A stretch of DNA of 64,000 nt from a virus, in IMG/VR virus record IMGVR_UViG_3300042557_000330, positions 1 to 64,000 of that record, one strand, 5' to 3'. The stretch's first letter is position 1. Each line of letters opens with the position of its first letter. Positions 46,096 to 56,069 of the stretch are shown one piece after another. The position numbers and the translations under genes were made by a program. Below the pieces are notes generated by a model, which was not told where the DNA came from, did not search any database, and saw nothing but the letters and a program-made list of their open reading frames with translations.

Positions 46096-49000
46096 TATAT
46101 CGTAGTAGTTGTAGTGGTAGTTGGACAATCAATTACATCTGTACAAGGATCTCCACATGCTTCTATAAATATGTAACCTTCTTCTTCAGATACAGAATAT
46201 ATTGATTCAAACTGAGCACATAAAGTAATTGAATAATCATCTACATCGTATTTCTCTAATTCATTAAGTGTACCTGTTCCATCAACCCAGAACAATGTTA
46301 AATCACCATACATATAAACTGTGTAACAGAATGTATTAGGAACAAATGTTGTAGTGGTTGTTGTAGTGTTACAATCGTATATTCCAACTACCATACCATC
46401 TTCAATTTCATAAACTATTCCTTGGACAGAACTTTCATCTGTAAAATAGAATCCATTAGGAACGTATGTACAATCTGTAGAAGTAGAATCAAGATAAACA
46501 AAATCACCTATTTCTAAAGTGTTGTATTGAATTGTAATTGTATTAATTTCTACATAATCATATGTATCAAGACTCATCAAATATGCAATTCCTGCACAAG
46601 CATCTCCTAAACTACCTGTTGTAATAACTTCAGGACCACAGCTTTCTATATATCCTGTAACAAACTCTGATGAATTAGGAACATTACTTCTTTGGCAAAT
46701 TGTAGTTGTTGGTGTAGGAGGGACAGTAATTACTGCTTCTCCTTCTAAATCACAAAATATTTCAATAGCAGTTCCTTCTATTGTACAGTCAAGTGGAATC
46801 ATTGTTGTACTTGTTGTTGTTGTAGTTGGTATAAATGGAGTGGTGGTTGTTGTAGTTGTAGGAATCACTCTATTAATTTCTCCAACAAATGCTTGAAATG
46901 TAGCTTCTCCATTTACAGAATCACAACATCCATTAAGTCCTGAATAGAAGAAATTATTTTCTGCTATATAGAAATTAGGAACGTAGCTATGGAAAGAAAT
47001 CCAAGATTTAGTATTGAAATTAAATGACATAGTCCAAGACTTGTTACAGAAGAACTCTGAATCATCTAAATAAACTTGATCTCTTAACACTAAACCATTA
47101 ATTACATTTTCTAAATAAAACTCTTTGGTTACACTATCATACTTGATTTCTTTATCTAAAGGAATATAATCTAGTTTCGTAATAATAACTCTATCAAACT
47201 TACTATCATATACTCCGTGTAAACCAATTCCATTGAAGTTGTTATCAACATTTACATCTGGAAAATAACGTAAGATTTCAAATGATAAATGGTCTGTCAT
47301 GAATCTATTTACACCAGAACCAAATGCTGTTAAATCTACAGCCTCTGTTCCTGATATAAGAAATATCTGCCCACGTTTAGCATCAACAGTTACTTGTCCT
47401 TGAGGAATCTTTAATAAGAACTTATTCTGTGTTCCTACATACCCAAGATCTGTTTCAGCAAAATCAATTGGAGGATTCTCAAACATTCTAGGATTACCTA
47501 CATAAGCTGCTTGTGGATTACTTGTATCAATTGTCAATAAACTATTATATAACAATGACTTGTTTTCAAATCTAGCTAATATAGCTCTATTCTGAATACC
47601 ATCTAATGATACAAGGTTTCCATAGTTTTGTGGAAAATCATAGTATGAAAGAGCTCTGTATATCAACCAGTTATTAACTGTATTGTTTTCATCTGTAAAC
47701 TGCTTCTCAGAATAGATAGTTCTAAATGGAAAAAATGTAGCACATTCAGATTGCCAATCATCAGGAAGGTTTGTAAATAAATTTTCTTTATTTTGTTTTG
47801 AGAATGTTACATTATAGAAATATGTATTGTCTTGTTCAATAGGAACAAAAGATTGCTGTACCCAATCATCAGGAATACTTGTTGATACATGTGGCCAGTA
47901 ATCACCTTCTCTATTATTAAATGCTTGTCTAAGATCTAAGTTATATGAACTCTCACAATAGAAACTAGGTACACCATATGCAAACATATAAAAATATCCA
48001 TCATAGTAAGTTAATTCACTTGGAGAATTAGAACTAGTATATTCTTCTGTAGCATTAGGGCAATCAAAGTTATTTGCTTTGTGTGAAATAAGATTCACCA
48101 TCACAGTACTAACTGAAGAAACATTTGATAATATAGATCTTGCAGAATGCCAGTATTTTGGATATGCAATATTTCCTATAGCATCATAGAATACATCTGA
48201 GTCATCAGGAGCATTCACTCTATTTTCTAAAAAGAAAGGAAGTTTAGTTTTAAATGCAAATCTAGAGATGAATGTATCTCCTCCAAATATAGTTTGTTTC
48301 ATAGGAATACTAGGAGAAAAAATAACTTGAAATCCTGTATCTACTTTAGTATAAGAATATATTTGACCCCATTGAGCTAATGAAATATTTTTTAATGATC
48401 CATAATAAGAAACAACATTTATATCTTGTTGTCTTTGTGGTGTAGAACATGATCTAGTCTCTCCTATTGTAAATCTAGAATAGTCTTCAATTAAAGAGTT
48501 TCCAAGATACATTAAAGAGTCAGTTTTACTAGGGAATGGTAATGTTGTATTTGTTTTTAAATAAACAGAAGTTTCTCTGTTAAAGTTATTTATATTATTA
48601 TCATCTCCAACATTTTGTACACCAGGAATTAAATATCTTTTTATATCAAGATTTCTTTGTTTGATTCCTAAGTTGTTATCAATATCAGAAGAATATCCAT
48701 ATGTTGCAATAGAGTTGAATGAGTATGCAAAATTCTTTCTAGTTATACCATTAACATATATTTCTAAATAAGCTTGGTATGCAGCAAATATTGCACTTAC
48801 ATTACTACCTCCTATAGAAACTGAACTTTGAAAAGCAACGTTTTGTACTTCTTTAGTAATAAGTCTATACTTAGCATTGTCTCTCACTTCAACAAAATGC
48901 GCTCTACCACCACCATACATTACATTCTCAAGTTTTAATATATCACCTAAGAATGGTTGTCCAAATGATGTTTCAGGAGAATTAAATACTTGTCTTAATT

Positions 49001-51395
49001 GATCTTTAAAATCAGGAAGTGGTGTTTCATCTTTACAATCTTCATATCTAACTTCACCAATTTTTCTACGATTCCATCTATTACCATCAATTTTAGTAGG
49101 AACAGTTCCTTCTAAGACTTGTATCTTATAACTAGATCCACCAAACAATCCACCTGACACCCATTGAGTAGTGTATCCAGTAACAGGATCTTGCCAAGCT
49201 GCTCTAAAACCAGCTCTACTTCCTTCTGTTTCTATTCTCCAAATATCATAGTTGGCATAAGAAACATAAGCTGTACAATTATCTTCAGGTAAACCAAACG
49301 GAGGAGGTACATAATAAATTACAGGACCACCAGCAGTTTGTAATCTTTTATTAAATACTCCTTCTCCAAGAATTGTAGGTTTTGTAATAGAACAAACTCT
49401 ATGTGGAGCTGTTTTAGTTGAAAGAGTGTAAAACTTTTGAAAAGCTTCTTTGTTGCTATTACAGTCAGTATATCTAATTTCTAGATAAGGTTTACCAAGT
49501 TCATCAACTTTATTAAATTTTAATATAACTATCTCAAATGGTTCACATAGTTGTGTGTAAGCATTGTTCTTTGCTAAAAGAAAAGCATCTGATTTAAGAT
49601 CGTTATATGGATAGTTTGGATAATAAAAAGTTTCTTCTTGCTTAACGTAGCTTCCTACATTACGAAGAATTCCTTTAGCTATAATAGATCTATTTGTACT
49701 TCTATCACCACGAACAATTTTATATCCTACAACATCATCTTTCTGTTCATCTGTTAAGTTAGATGATCTTACAAGGTTTATTATTTGCTCATTGTCTATT
49801 CTTACACCAATTGGATATACAGCACTACTAAGTTGCATTTCCACATTATATCTATCTGCAACAATTTGTGGAGTGGCGCTTTCGAATATTGGAGAAACTA
49901 AAACATCAGGAAACTTATGATGTCTAATTGGTTTATCTGCAAGATCTCCCCACACTGCAGTGTCACAAGGATATTTCTCTATTGATTCCCAATAAGCAAA
50001 CTCACCATATTGGTAAGGTCCTTTATAATCAGAACTTGTAGAAAAATTTGGATGTGTTCCTATTACAGATCCTGTATTGTATATTTTCCAATAAGGGGCC
50101 TGTGTACCATTACCAATAAAGTCTGGGTTATTACTAAATATTACAGGTTTACCAATTTCATTAAAGTTTTGTATTCTTCCAGGAATATGAAAGCCATCAG
50201 TTTGTTTTCCATTCTTTAATAAGAATACAATCTCAAATGCATAAACCTCATCACGTAGATATCCACGTAAGTTAGTAGCATTTAATTCATCTGCATAGTT
50301 TTCAGTAGGAGGTATTCTCCAAGTTTCCCATAGAAGAGTTATTTGATTAGCTATATTTTGATAGTTAATTCTATCAATAGATGTTAATTGATCCCATACT
50401 AAAATATCTTGAACCACTGTAACATCCTGTGCAATATCATAATAAGGAAACTTTTCAAAGATGTCAGCTATTGCTAAGCTAATGCTAGTTTTATTTTGAC
50501 CTGTATATGTAATTTGTCTTGTAGAACTATTTATAAAATAAGTACCAATCAATTCTACAGAAGTTACATTATTTATAGTTTTTATCACTGCAAGATTGAA
50601 ATATTCATACTTGCCTGTAACATCAATATTACTAACATTTACCACTATTGATTTACCAACAGGGTAATTAAAGTTTACAGATGTAATGTTTTCATCAGCA
50701 ATAGGAGTTGGGTTTGTTACTGAATAATAAGATGTATAAGCATTGCTTTGTGCATCTGAATATTGTATAGCAAACTGATAAGTCCCTGCTATAAGATCTC
50801 CTCCAGAAACAACATCTATTATTTCTAACTGAGGAATATTAAAATTAGGTTGTATCTTTAGTTTGTTACAATCTAATTGATCTAATACAAGTACACTACA
50901 AGAATTAGGAAGAATCTCTGTAACATATGGAATATTATCAATATCCATATATCTTCTAGGATTAAGTCCATCTGTCCAATATACTTCTGTAGAGCAGTTT
51001 GTAATTCTATGTACAGCTTTTTGAATTGGATAGTTTATATTAAAGTTTAAGCAGTCAGCATTTACAAGTGTTCTGTAAATACAATCTGCATTAATCATTT
51101 GTCCAATTTCACTTTGTCCTGTAATAGAGTTTGCTAAAAAGAATATATATTTATTTTTCTCTTGAATAAAATGACTACCTATTAAAGAATATCCATCAGG
51201 AAAACTAATACATAATTCATTTCCTGGTTCATTTTGATAGTTTACAGAACTAGCATCAAAGTTTTCAACAGCAGCATTTAATGCATATGTAAGAATACCT
51301 GGCTTAACCTGATTAACAGATTGATCCATGTTAAGACCTAGATTAGCACTATTAAACTCCTGTCTAATATTTCCTTGTTCTTTTTCTTCTGCCAT
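46095..51395 (-). CDS. Tail-stabilisation (muzzle, P22 gp10-like) protein with Cys/Thr-rich C-terminal additions
   Basis: GLNMD, YWTDGLNPRRY, GYLRDEVY.F.I, IRHHKFP, GGDTFISRF, WISFHSY motifs; follows the tail-tube gene. Confidence 0.82.
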   Translation of the reverse strand: MAEEKEQGNIRQEFNSANLGLNMDQSVNQVKPGILTYALNAAVENFDASSVNYQNEPGNELCISFPDGYSLIGSHFIQEKNKYIFFLANSITGQSEIGQMINADCIYRTLVNADCLNFNINYPIQKAVHRITNCSTEVYWTDGLNPRRYMDIDNIPYVTEILPNSCSVLVLDQLDCNKLKIQPNFNIPQLEIIDVVSGGDLIAGTYQFAIQYSDAQSNAYTSYYSVTNPTPIADENITSVNFNYPVGKSIVVNVSNIDVTGKYEYFNLAVIKTINNVTSVELIGTYFINSSTRQITYTGQNKTSISLAIADIFEKFPYYDIAQDVTVVQDILVWDQLTSIDRINYQNIANQITLLWETWRIPPTENYADELNATNLRGYLRDEVYAFEIVFLLKNGKQTDGFHIPGRIQNFNEIGKPVIFSNNPDFIGNGTQAPYWKIYNTGSVIGTHPNFSTSSDYKGPYQYGEFAYWESIEKYPCDTAVWGDLADKPIRHHKFPDVLVSPIFESATPQIVADRYNVEMQLSSAVYPIGVRIDNEQIINLVRSSNLTDEQKDDVVGYKIVRGDRSTNRSIIAKGILRNVGSYVKQEETFYYPNYPYNDLKSDAFLLAKNNAYTQLCEPFEIVILKFNKVDELGKPYLEIRYTDCNSNKEAFQKFYTLSTKTAPHRVCSITKPTILGEGVFNKRLQTAGGPVIYYVPPPFGLPEDNCTAYVSYANYDIWRIETEGSRAGFRAAWQDPVTGYTTQWVSGGLFGGSSYKIQVLEGTVPTKIDGNRWNRRKIGEVRYEDCKDETPLPDFKDQLRQVFNSPETSFGQPFLGDILKLENVMYGGGRAHFVEVRDNAKYRLITKEVQNVAFQSSVSIGGSNVSAIFAAYQAYLEIYVNGITRKNFAYSFNSIATYGYSSDIDNNLGIKQRNLDIKRYLIPGVQNVGDDNNINNFNRETSVYLKTNTTLPFPSKTDSLMYLGNSLIEDYSRFTIGETRSCSTPQRQQDINVVSYYGSLKNISLAQWGQIYSYTKVDTGFQVIFSPSIPMKQTIFGGDTFISRFAFKTKLPFFLENRVNAPDDSDVFYDAIGNIAYPKYWHSARSILSNVSSVSTVMVNLISHKANNFDCPNATEEYTSSNSPSELTYYDGYFYMFAYGVPSFYCESSYNLDLRQAFNNREGDYWPHVSTSIPDDWVQQSFVPIEQDNTYFYNVTFSKQNKENLFTNLPDDWQSECATFFPFRTIYSEKQFTDENNTVNNWLIYRALSYYDFPQNYGNLVSLDGIQNRAILARFENKSLLYNSLLTIDTSNPQAAYVGNPRMFENPPIDFAETDLGYVGTQNKFLLKIPQGQVTVDAKRGQIFLISGTEAVDLTAFGSGVNRFMTDHLSFEILRYFPDVNVDNNFNGIGLHGVYDSKFDRVIITKLDYIPLDKEIKYDSVTKEFYLENVINGLVLRDQVYLDDSEFFCNKSWTMSFNFNTKSWISFHSYVPNFYIAENNFFYSGLNGCCDSVNGEATFQAFVGEINRVIPTTTTTTTPFIPTTTTTSTTMIPLDCTIEGTAIEIFCDLEGEAVITVPPTPTTTICQRSNVPNSSEFVTGYIESCGPEVITTGSLGDACAGIAYLMSLDTYDYVEINTITIQYNTLEIGDFVYLDSTSTDCTYVPNGFYFTDESSVQGIVYEIEDGMVVGIYDCNTTTTTTTFVPNTFCYTVYMYGDLTLFWVDGTGTLNELEKYDVDDYSITLCAQFESIYSVSEEEGYIFIEACGDPCTDVIDCPTTTTTTTI

Positions 51396-51400
51396 AATGA

Positions 51401-52375
51401 TTAATTGTTACGTCTTCTACCATATCTATTAGTACGGTTAGGAAGCTCATACATGTTGAATCTATTAAGATCGTTTTTAATTCTTCTTTGTTTTTCCCAA
51501 GGACTTTGTTTCTTCATTTCAATCTCAGCCATGATATAAGCTTCTTCATAAGCTTGCTTATGATACATCATCTTTTGTTGTAACTGATTAAATGTTTCAT
51601 CATTGGTTTGGTTTGTAAGCATTTCAAATATCTTAAACTTGATGAATGCTTCTACATATTCTCTGATACGATAGTTATCTGGAATCATCTGATTACCTAT
51701 CTCATCATATTCTGTAGCATAGAATAACAAGTGAACCACACCATTTCTGAAGTTGGTCACAAACTTATTGTCTCTAATATCAAATGAATCATAACTAGCA
51801 GCACCAGGAGTGAACTCATGAATAGGAGGAGCCTCTGCGTAGAAGTCCCAGTTATTTGTATACTCCACTCCACAATTTTGTCTTGCAGATATATTACCAG
51901 GTCTAAGTAAATACTCGTGAGTAAATCCTCTAGCCACAGTGTTATTTGTTTTATATACAGCTTGTACAAGCTCTGGCATACATGTACCATCACATTGTGG
52001 AACTTGACAACCAGGTCTATTACAAGGAGTTCCTCCAATAGTTAATGGAGCAACTTGTATAGTAGTTGCATTAGCTGCTTGAGAATAGAATGAATTAGCT
52101 GTCTGATATGGATATCCTGCCACTTCTGTACACATCCAAGCTTCTCTTACAGCATAAAAGTTATCAGGGAGTCTAGCTTGGAAGTCTTCTATAAATAATA
52201 CTTCTTCACTTATTACAAAGGTAGTTCTTCCTAACTTCTTAAGACACTTGTCTAAGTAAGTAGGAAATAAAAGATCGTCCACTGCACCAGTATCAAAATA
52301 GCTTTTAAGCTCTTCTTTAACTGTTGAGTAGACAGGCTCTGGGGATACGAAATTATATTTATAGTAGTACGACAT
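51401..52375 (-). CDS. Tail tubular/ring protein (P22 gp4-like)
   Basis: Position between the IHF-like and stabiliser genes; LPDNF, TNFRNG.V...Y, MIPD motifs. Confidence 0.7.
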   Translation of the reverse strand: MSYYYKYNFVSPEPVYSTVKEELKSYFDTGAVDDLLFPTYLDKCLKKLGRTTFVISEEVLFIEDFQARLPDNFYAVREAWMCTEVAGYPYQTANSFYSQAANATTIQVAPLTIGGTPCNRPGCQVPQCDGTCMPELVQAVYKTNNTVARGFTHEYLLRPGNISARQNCGVEYTNNWDFYAEAPPIHEFTPGAASYDSFDIRDNKFVTNFRNGVVHLLFYATEYDEIGNQMIPDNYRIREYVEAFIKFKIFEMLTNQTNDETFNQLQQKMMYHKQAYEEAYIMAEIEMKKQSPWEKQRRIKNDLNRFNMYELPNRTNRYGRRRNN

Positions 52376-52378
52376 AAT

Positions 52379-52858
52379 TTATTTTTTCCATTCGTTATAG
52401 ATATATTGATACTTGTCGTTGGTCTTTAAGTAATGTGATAAAAGTCTTGATGTAAGTCTAGAAGGTTTGAAATACCAGAAACCAGAGTTTTTAAAACGTG
52501 CTGTAGGTTTAAACCACATCCATCCAAAAAAATATCCTTCTGTGTGGTAATTAAAATTGTATATCACCTTTCCTTTTTCTCTAGTCTTTTGCCAATCAAT
52601 TGGTAGATTAACAAACTCTTTACCATCTACACTATTCTTTAACTTTCTTCTTTTCTTTTTGTTAATTGAAAACTCTCCAAATCCATAAGGTAGCTTTGCT
52701 TTCTCACCTGTTTCTAAAATGTATTCTTTAAAGGATTCATTGTAAGTGTATACAATGTTTCTCCATTCATCATACGAAAGTTGTATAGAAGGGTGTTTTT
52801 TACAAAACTGATTATAGTTTTCTTTACTAGAGCTTCTCCAATCAACCTTTGTTCTCAT
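52379..52858 (-). CDS. IHF/HU-like DNA-binding protein of the crAss structural module
   Basis: LPYGFGEFSINKKK arm and IDWQKT motif; conserved position. Confidence 0.7.
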   Translation of the reverse strand: MRTKVDWRSSSKENYNQFCKKHPSIQLSYDEWRNIVYTYNESFKEYILETGEKAKLPYGFGEFSINKKKRRKLKNSVDGKEFVNLPIDWQKTREKGKVIYNFNYHTEGYFFGWMWFKPTARFKNSGFWYFKPSRLTSRLLSHYLKTNDKYQYIYNEWKK

Positions 52859-53586
52859 TAATTAGTTGGTTTTGAATTTGGCGCTTGTCCATCTATTCCT
52901 TCTGCACTAGTATCTGTTTTAAGATTGAAATATGTAGATAGAAGTTTTTGAGATGTAAGTTGTAATGTTTGTTGTTCTAAATATCCAGGAAGAGGAAATT
53001 CTTTATCTAATGGATTCATACATAATTGCTCAAGTGTATATTCTGGAGTTCCACATCCACATTCTGGATACATAATTTCATTCTCCACATCTTCTTCAAA
53101 TAAAGCTACAAATCTGATTGCTTTAAGCAAAGGATTGTTTACATATAGATATCCATTAGATATCCAATAGTATTCTTCTTTCTTGATTATAGGAAGCTTT
53201 AAAAGATTTATATATCTGTTGATAGTTATTTCTTTTAATTTTTTTCCTTGACCACTCATAGCATTAATAGAATAAACTCCTTGTATTACATATTGGTAAT
53301 TACCTTCTGATATACGTGGGAGTTTAAGTTTTGTTCTAGCAACTGTACAATCATCTACATAGTTACAACATTCAGAGATAGGTACTTCTATCATTTCTAA
53401 ACAAGGAATAGTAGTGAATAGTGTATCAGTGGCCCAAAGTTTTCTTAGGTTGGTTTCTCTTTTAATTAGCATTAATGCATTGTTTCTTATCTCAGATGCG
53501 ATTGCTCTATCTGTAATAAGACTGTCTGTAGAAAGTATCTTGTGGACACTTCTAACATCAGATACTAATTTTCTTAATGTTGCCAT
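52858..53586 (-). CDS. Conserved neck/ring structural protein
   Basis: Position upstream of the IHF-like gene; helical N-terminus, YLYV..P...I...ALFE, D.EFP.P pattern. Confidence 0.6.
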   Translation of the reverse strand: MATLRKLVSDVRSVHKILSTDSLITDRAIASEIRNNALMLIKRETNLRKLWATDTLFTTIPCLEMIEVPISECCNYVDDCTVARTKLKLPRISEGNYQYVIQGVYSINAMSGQGKKLKEITINRYINLLKLPIIKKEEYYWISNGYLYVNNPLLKAIRFVALFEEDVENEIMYPECGCGTPEYTLEQLCMNPLDKEFPLPGYLEQQTLQLTSQKLLSTYFNLKTDTSAEGIDGQAPNSKPTN

Positions 53587-53588
53587 AA

Positions 53589-54803
53589 TTATATTCGAGT
53601 TTCAAACTCTGCTATTTTACCTAGATTACGATCATAAACTAGAGCAAGAGCTGCACGTACAGAATGTACGAAGTTATTATCTAAGTGCCATCTATCAGTT
53701 CCTGAAAGACTAGGCATTTGTTGTATTCTTACACCTTTGACTTCTTTAGCCATGTAGTGGTGTTTATCTCCTGTGTGTACCTCTCTATAAACAGCATCAC
53801 CAAACTGGTGACTATATTTTGGATGTGTTGCAAATAATAATGGTAAGTCTTCTAACTTACAATTACCATGGTGCCATCCAATGAATGTATTTCCTAATGT
53901 TATTCCTTTGATAACAGAATGTTCTCTTATAAACTCTACATCTATTGCATCTCTAAAGAATACATCTAATGCATGAGCTAGATAAAAAGATTTAGTTCTG
54001 TCATGATTTCCTTGTACAAGAATAACTGTTACATTACTAGCATACTTTCTCAACATGTTTATTGTATCTACAAGAACAGCAAATCCTAATTCGTATTCTG
54101 AATGATAATCCATTATAGTGTCCTGTGGAGTACCGTTTGTAGTTTGGTGTTGATAGTTATCAGTATGAAAGAAATCATTTGATATAGGTAGCACTACATT
54201 GTTTATGTTGTAGTTTGATTTTACTTTTTCAATCAAAGACTGAGCCATTGTAACATATCGTAAAGCTCTTGTTGTAGGATCATTATCACCATCTACAGTT
54301 TTTTTAGCTAAATGATAATCAGATATAGAGATTTCTACATCTACATAATCTTTCTCTATAGAATAGTTCTCTTTAGTGATTGTTATGTTATTTGGTTTGT
54401 AGTTTTCTAAAAACTTAGCAAAGTCTTCAGGAGAGTAATCTTTTGCTTCTTTCTTCTTGGAGAAGACTGAGGAAGTAAACTTCCCACTTGGTAACATCTT
54501 AGACCAGTAGTTTGTAATTACATACTTGTCTAGATTTATTTTATGTAGCTTAGCTAATTCAATATCATCTTTAGGATCAAAGTCTGATATAATTGTACTT
54601 TCTATTGTACCTTTTTCAACATTAACTTTACGTTCTTCTGTATAGTTTCTTGATACAGGTTCTGTATCTTTTTCTCTAAGCTCCTTCATGAGCTCACCCA
54701 CTTCAAATTCACTTATTCCTAGTTTTTCAGCATAGAATTTTTTACTTTTCTTCTGACTTAATAACTCTTCTAATCGATGTAACAAGCTTTGATTTTCAGA
54801 CAT
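53589..54803 (-). CDS. Calcineurin-like metallophosphoesterase with N-terminal HTH
   Basis: SDYH, NDFFH.D, GNHD, HHG, GDKHH metal ligands; AEKLGISE HTH. Confidence 0.82.
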   Translation of the reverse strand: MSENQSLLHRLEELLSQKKSKKFYAEKLGISEFEVGELMKELREKDTEPVSRNYTEERKVNVEKGTIESTIISDFDPKDDIELAKLHKINLDKYVITNYWSKMLPSGKFTSSVFSKKKEAKDYSPEDFAKFLENYKPNNITITKENYSIEKDYVDVEISISDYHLAKKTVDGDNDPTTRALRYVTMAQSLIEKVKSNYNINNVVLPISNDFFHTDNYQHQTTNGTPQDTIMDYHSEYELGFAVLVDTINMLRKYASNVTVILVQGNHDRTKSFYLAHALDVFFRDAIDVEFIREHSVIKGITLGNTFIGWHHGNCKLEDLPLLFATHPKYSHQFGDAVYREVHTGDKHHYMAKEVKGVRIQQMPSLSGTDRWHLDNNFVHSVRAALALVYDRNLGKIAEFETRI

Positions 54804-54912
54804 ATGTACTCATATTAGTTAAAAAATATTGTAAAGATAAACAATTGTTTTTATATATTCCAAATAATTTTAGTTAGAGACTTAATTATTTATAATTAAA
54901 ATAGTTAGAAAC

Positions 54913-54943
54913 AAAAACTCCTAGCAATAAATATCACTAGGAG
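54913..54943 (-). terminator. Intrinsic terminator after the Thr-rich fibre genes
   Basis: CTCCTAG-12nt-CTAGGAG stem followed on the minus strand by a U-run. Confidence 0.65.
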
Positions 54944-54982
54944 AAATCTTGTAAAACCAACAAAACAAGATTTTTTGTTGTT

Positions 54983-55294
54983 TTAAGGTATTGTAGTAGT
55001 CGTAGTTGTTGTTGATACAACTGTTGTTGTTGTAGTTGTTGTTGGTGCTACGGTTGTTGTGGTTGTAGTTGTAGCAGATGTTAATATAATATCTACGTAA
55101 TTTAAACACACACCATCTGACTTCACTCTAATAATTGTTGTGTAATCAGGAACTAGTGCAGAAGAATATCCTGCTAATAAAGCAGATTTAGAGACTCCTG
55201 TTTCAAAAGCTGATACATACCCATCTAAATTTGAATACAAATCAAATGGACCTGAATCAGTTCCTGCTGTTGTTAATGTTATTAATACTGTCAT
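54983..55294 (-). CDS. Small virion protein: SGPF module plus poly-Thr tail
   Basis: ITLTTAGTDSGPFDLY...IRVKSDGVC followed by about 30 aa that are mostly Thr. Confidence 0.75.
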   Translation of the reverse strand: MTVLITLTTAGTDSGPFDLYSNLDGYVSAFETGVSKSALLAGYSSALVPDYTTIIRVKSDGVCLNYVDIILTSATTTTTTTVAPTTTTTTTVVSTTTTTTTIP

Positions 55295-55311
55295 ATGTTA
55301 TTGATTTTATA

Positions 55312-56052
55312 TTATAAGCAAAGACTTGCTGGTCCTGTAATAAATCCACTTGCATCTATTGGGAAACTTGCTGAGTTAATGTCTGCAAGTTTTTGTAAAT
55401 GCCAATATACGTTTGATCCATTAAATGGAATAGTTCCACCTGCATCTGTAAACACTCTCACGTAATTTCCTTCTATCCAAACTGTATCAATTAACGGTAG
55501 AAGACATGCATTACTAAAGTCAGAAGTATTTGATATCAATCCTTCATATAGAACATAAGCTTCTGTTGTTGTAGTAGTTGTTGTACTAGATGTACTTGTA
55601 GATGTTGTTGTGCTAGTAGATGATGTACTTGTAGTAGTAGATGTGCTAGTTGAAGTACTTGTACTAGTAGATGTACTTGTGCTAGTTGATGTACTAGTAG
55701 ATGTTGAACTACTACTAGTAGTGGTAGTTGTAGGCTGTACTGTGGTAGTAGTAGTGGTTGTTATAGGAAGTGTAGTAGTAGTAGTTGTTGTAGGACAACA
55801 TATACCTAATTGATTATATATGTTAGTTACATCTTCAGTTATAAGCATAACATCTTCTGTAAGATTTGTTACATCTTCTGTAATAGTAGCTACATTAGCT
55901 GATACACTACATATAATAGCATCAAACTTACTAAGAATAGTATTTAATCCATCACATGTATTTACATCTGTACAAGGAAGTTGAGTGCCATCATATGTGA
56001 CAGCACTCGTTCCTATTATAGTTGTGTTATTTATCTGAGAGCAATTAGCCAT
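55312..56052 (-). CDS. Fibre-like protein: YxG anchor, coiled coil, long Thr/Ser mucin-like stalk, C-terminal globular domain
   Basis: Seen in the translation. Confidence 0.75.
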   Translation of the reverse strand: MANCSQINNTTIIGTSAVTYDGTQLPCTDVNTCDGLNTILSKFDAIICSVSANVATITEDVTNLTEDVMLITEDVTNIYNQLGICCPTTTTTTTLPITTTTTTTVQPTTTTTSSSSTSTSTSTSTSTSTSTSTSTSTSTTTSTSSTSTTTSTSTSSTTTTTTTEAYVLYEGLISNTSDFSNACLLPLIDTVWIEGNYVRVFTDAGGTIPFNGSNVYWHLQKLADINSASFPIDASGFITGPASLCL

Positions 56053-56069
56053 TTTTATTTATTTTAAAA

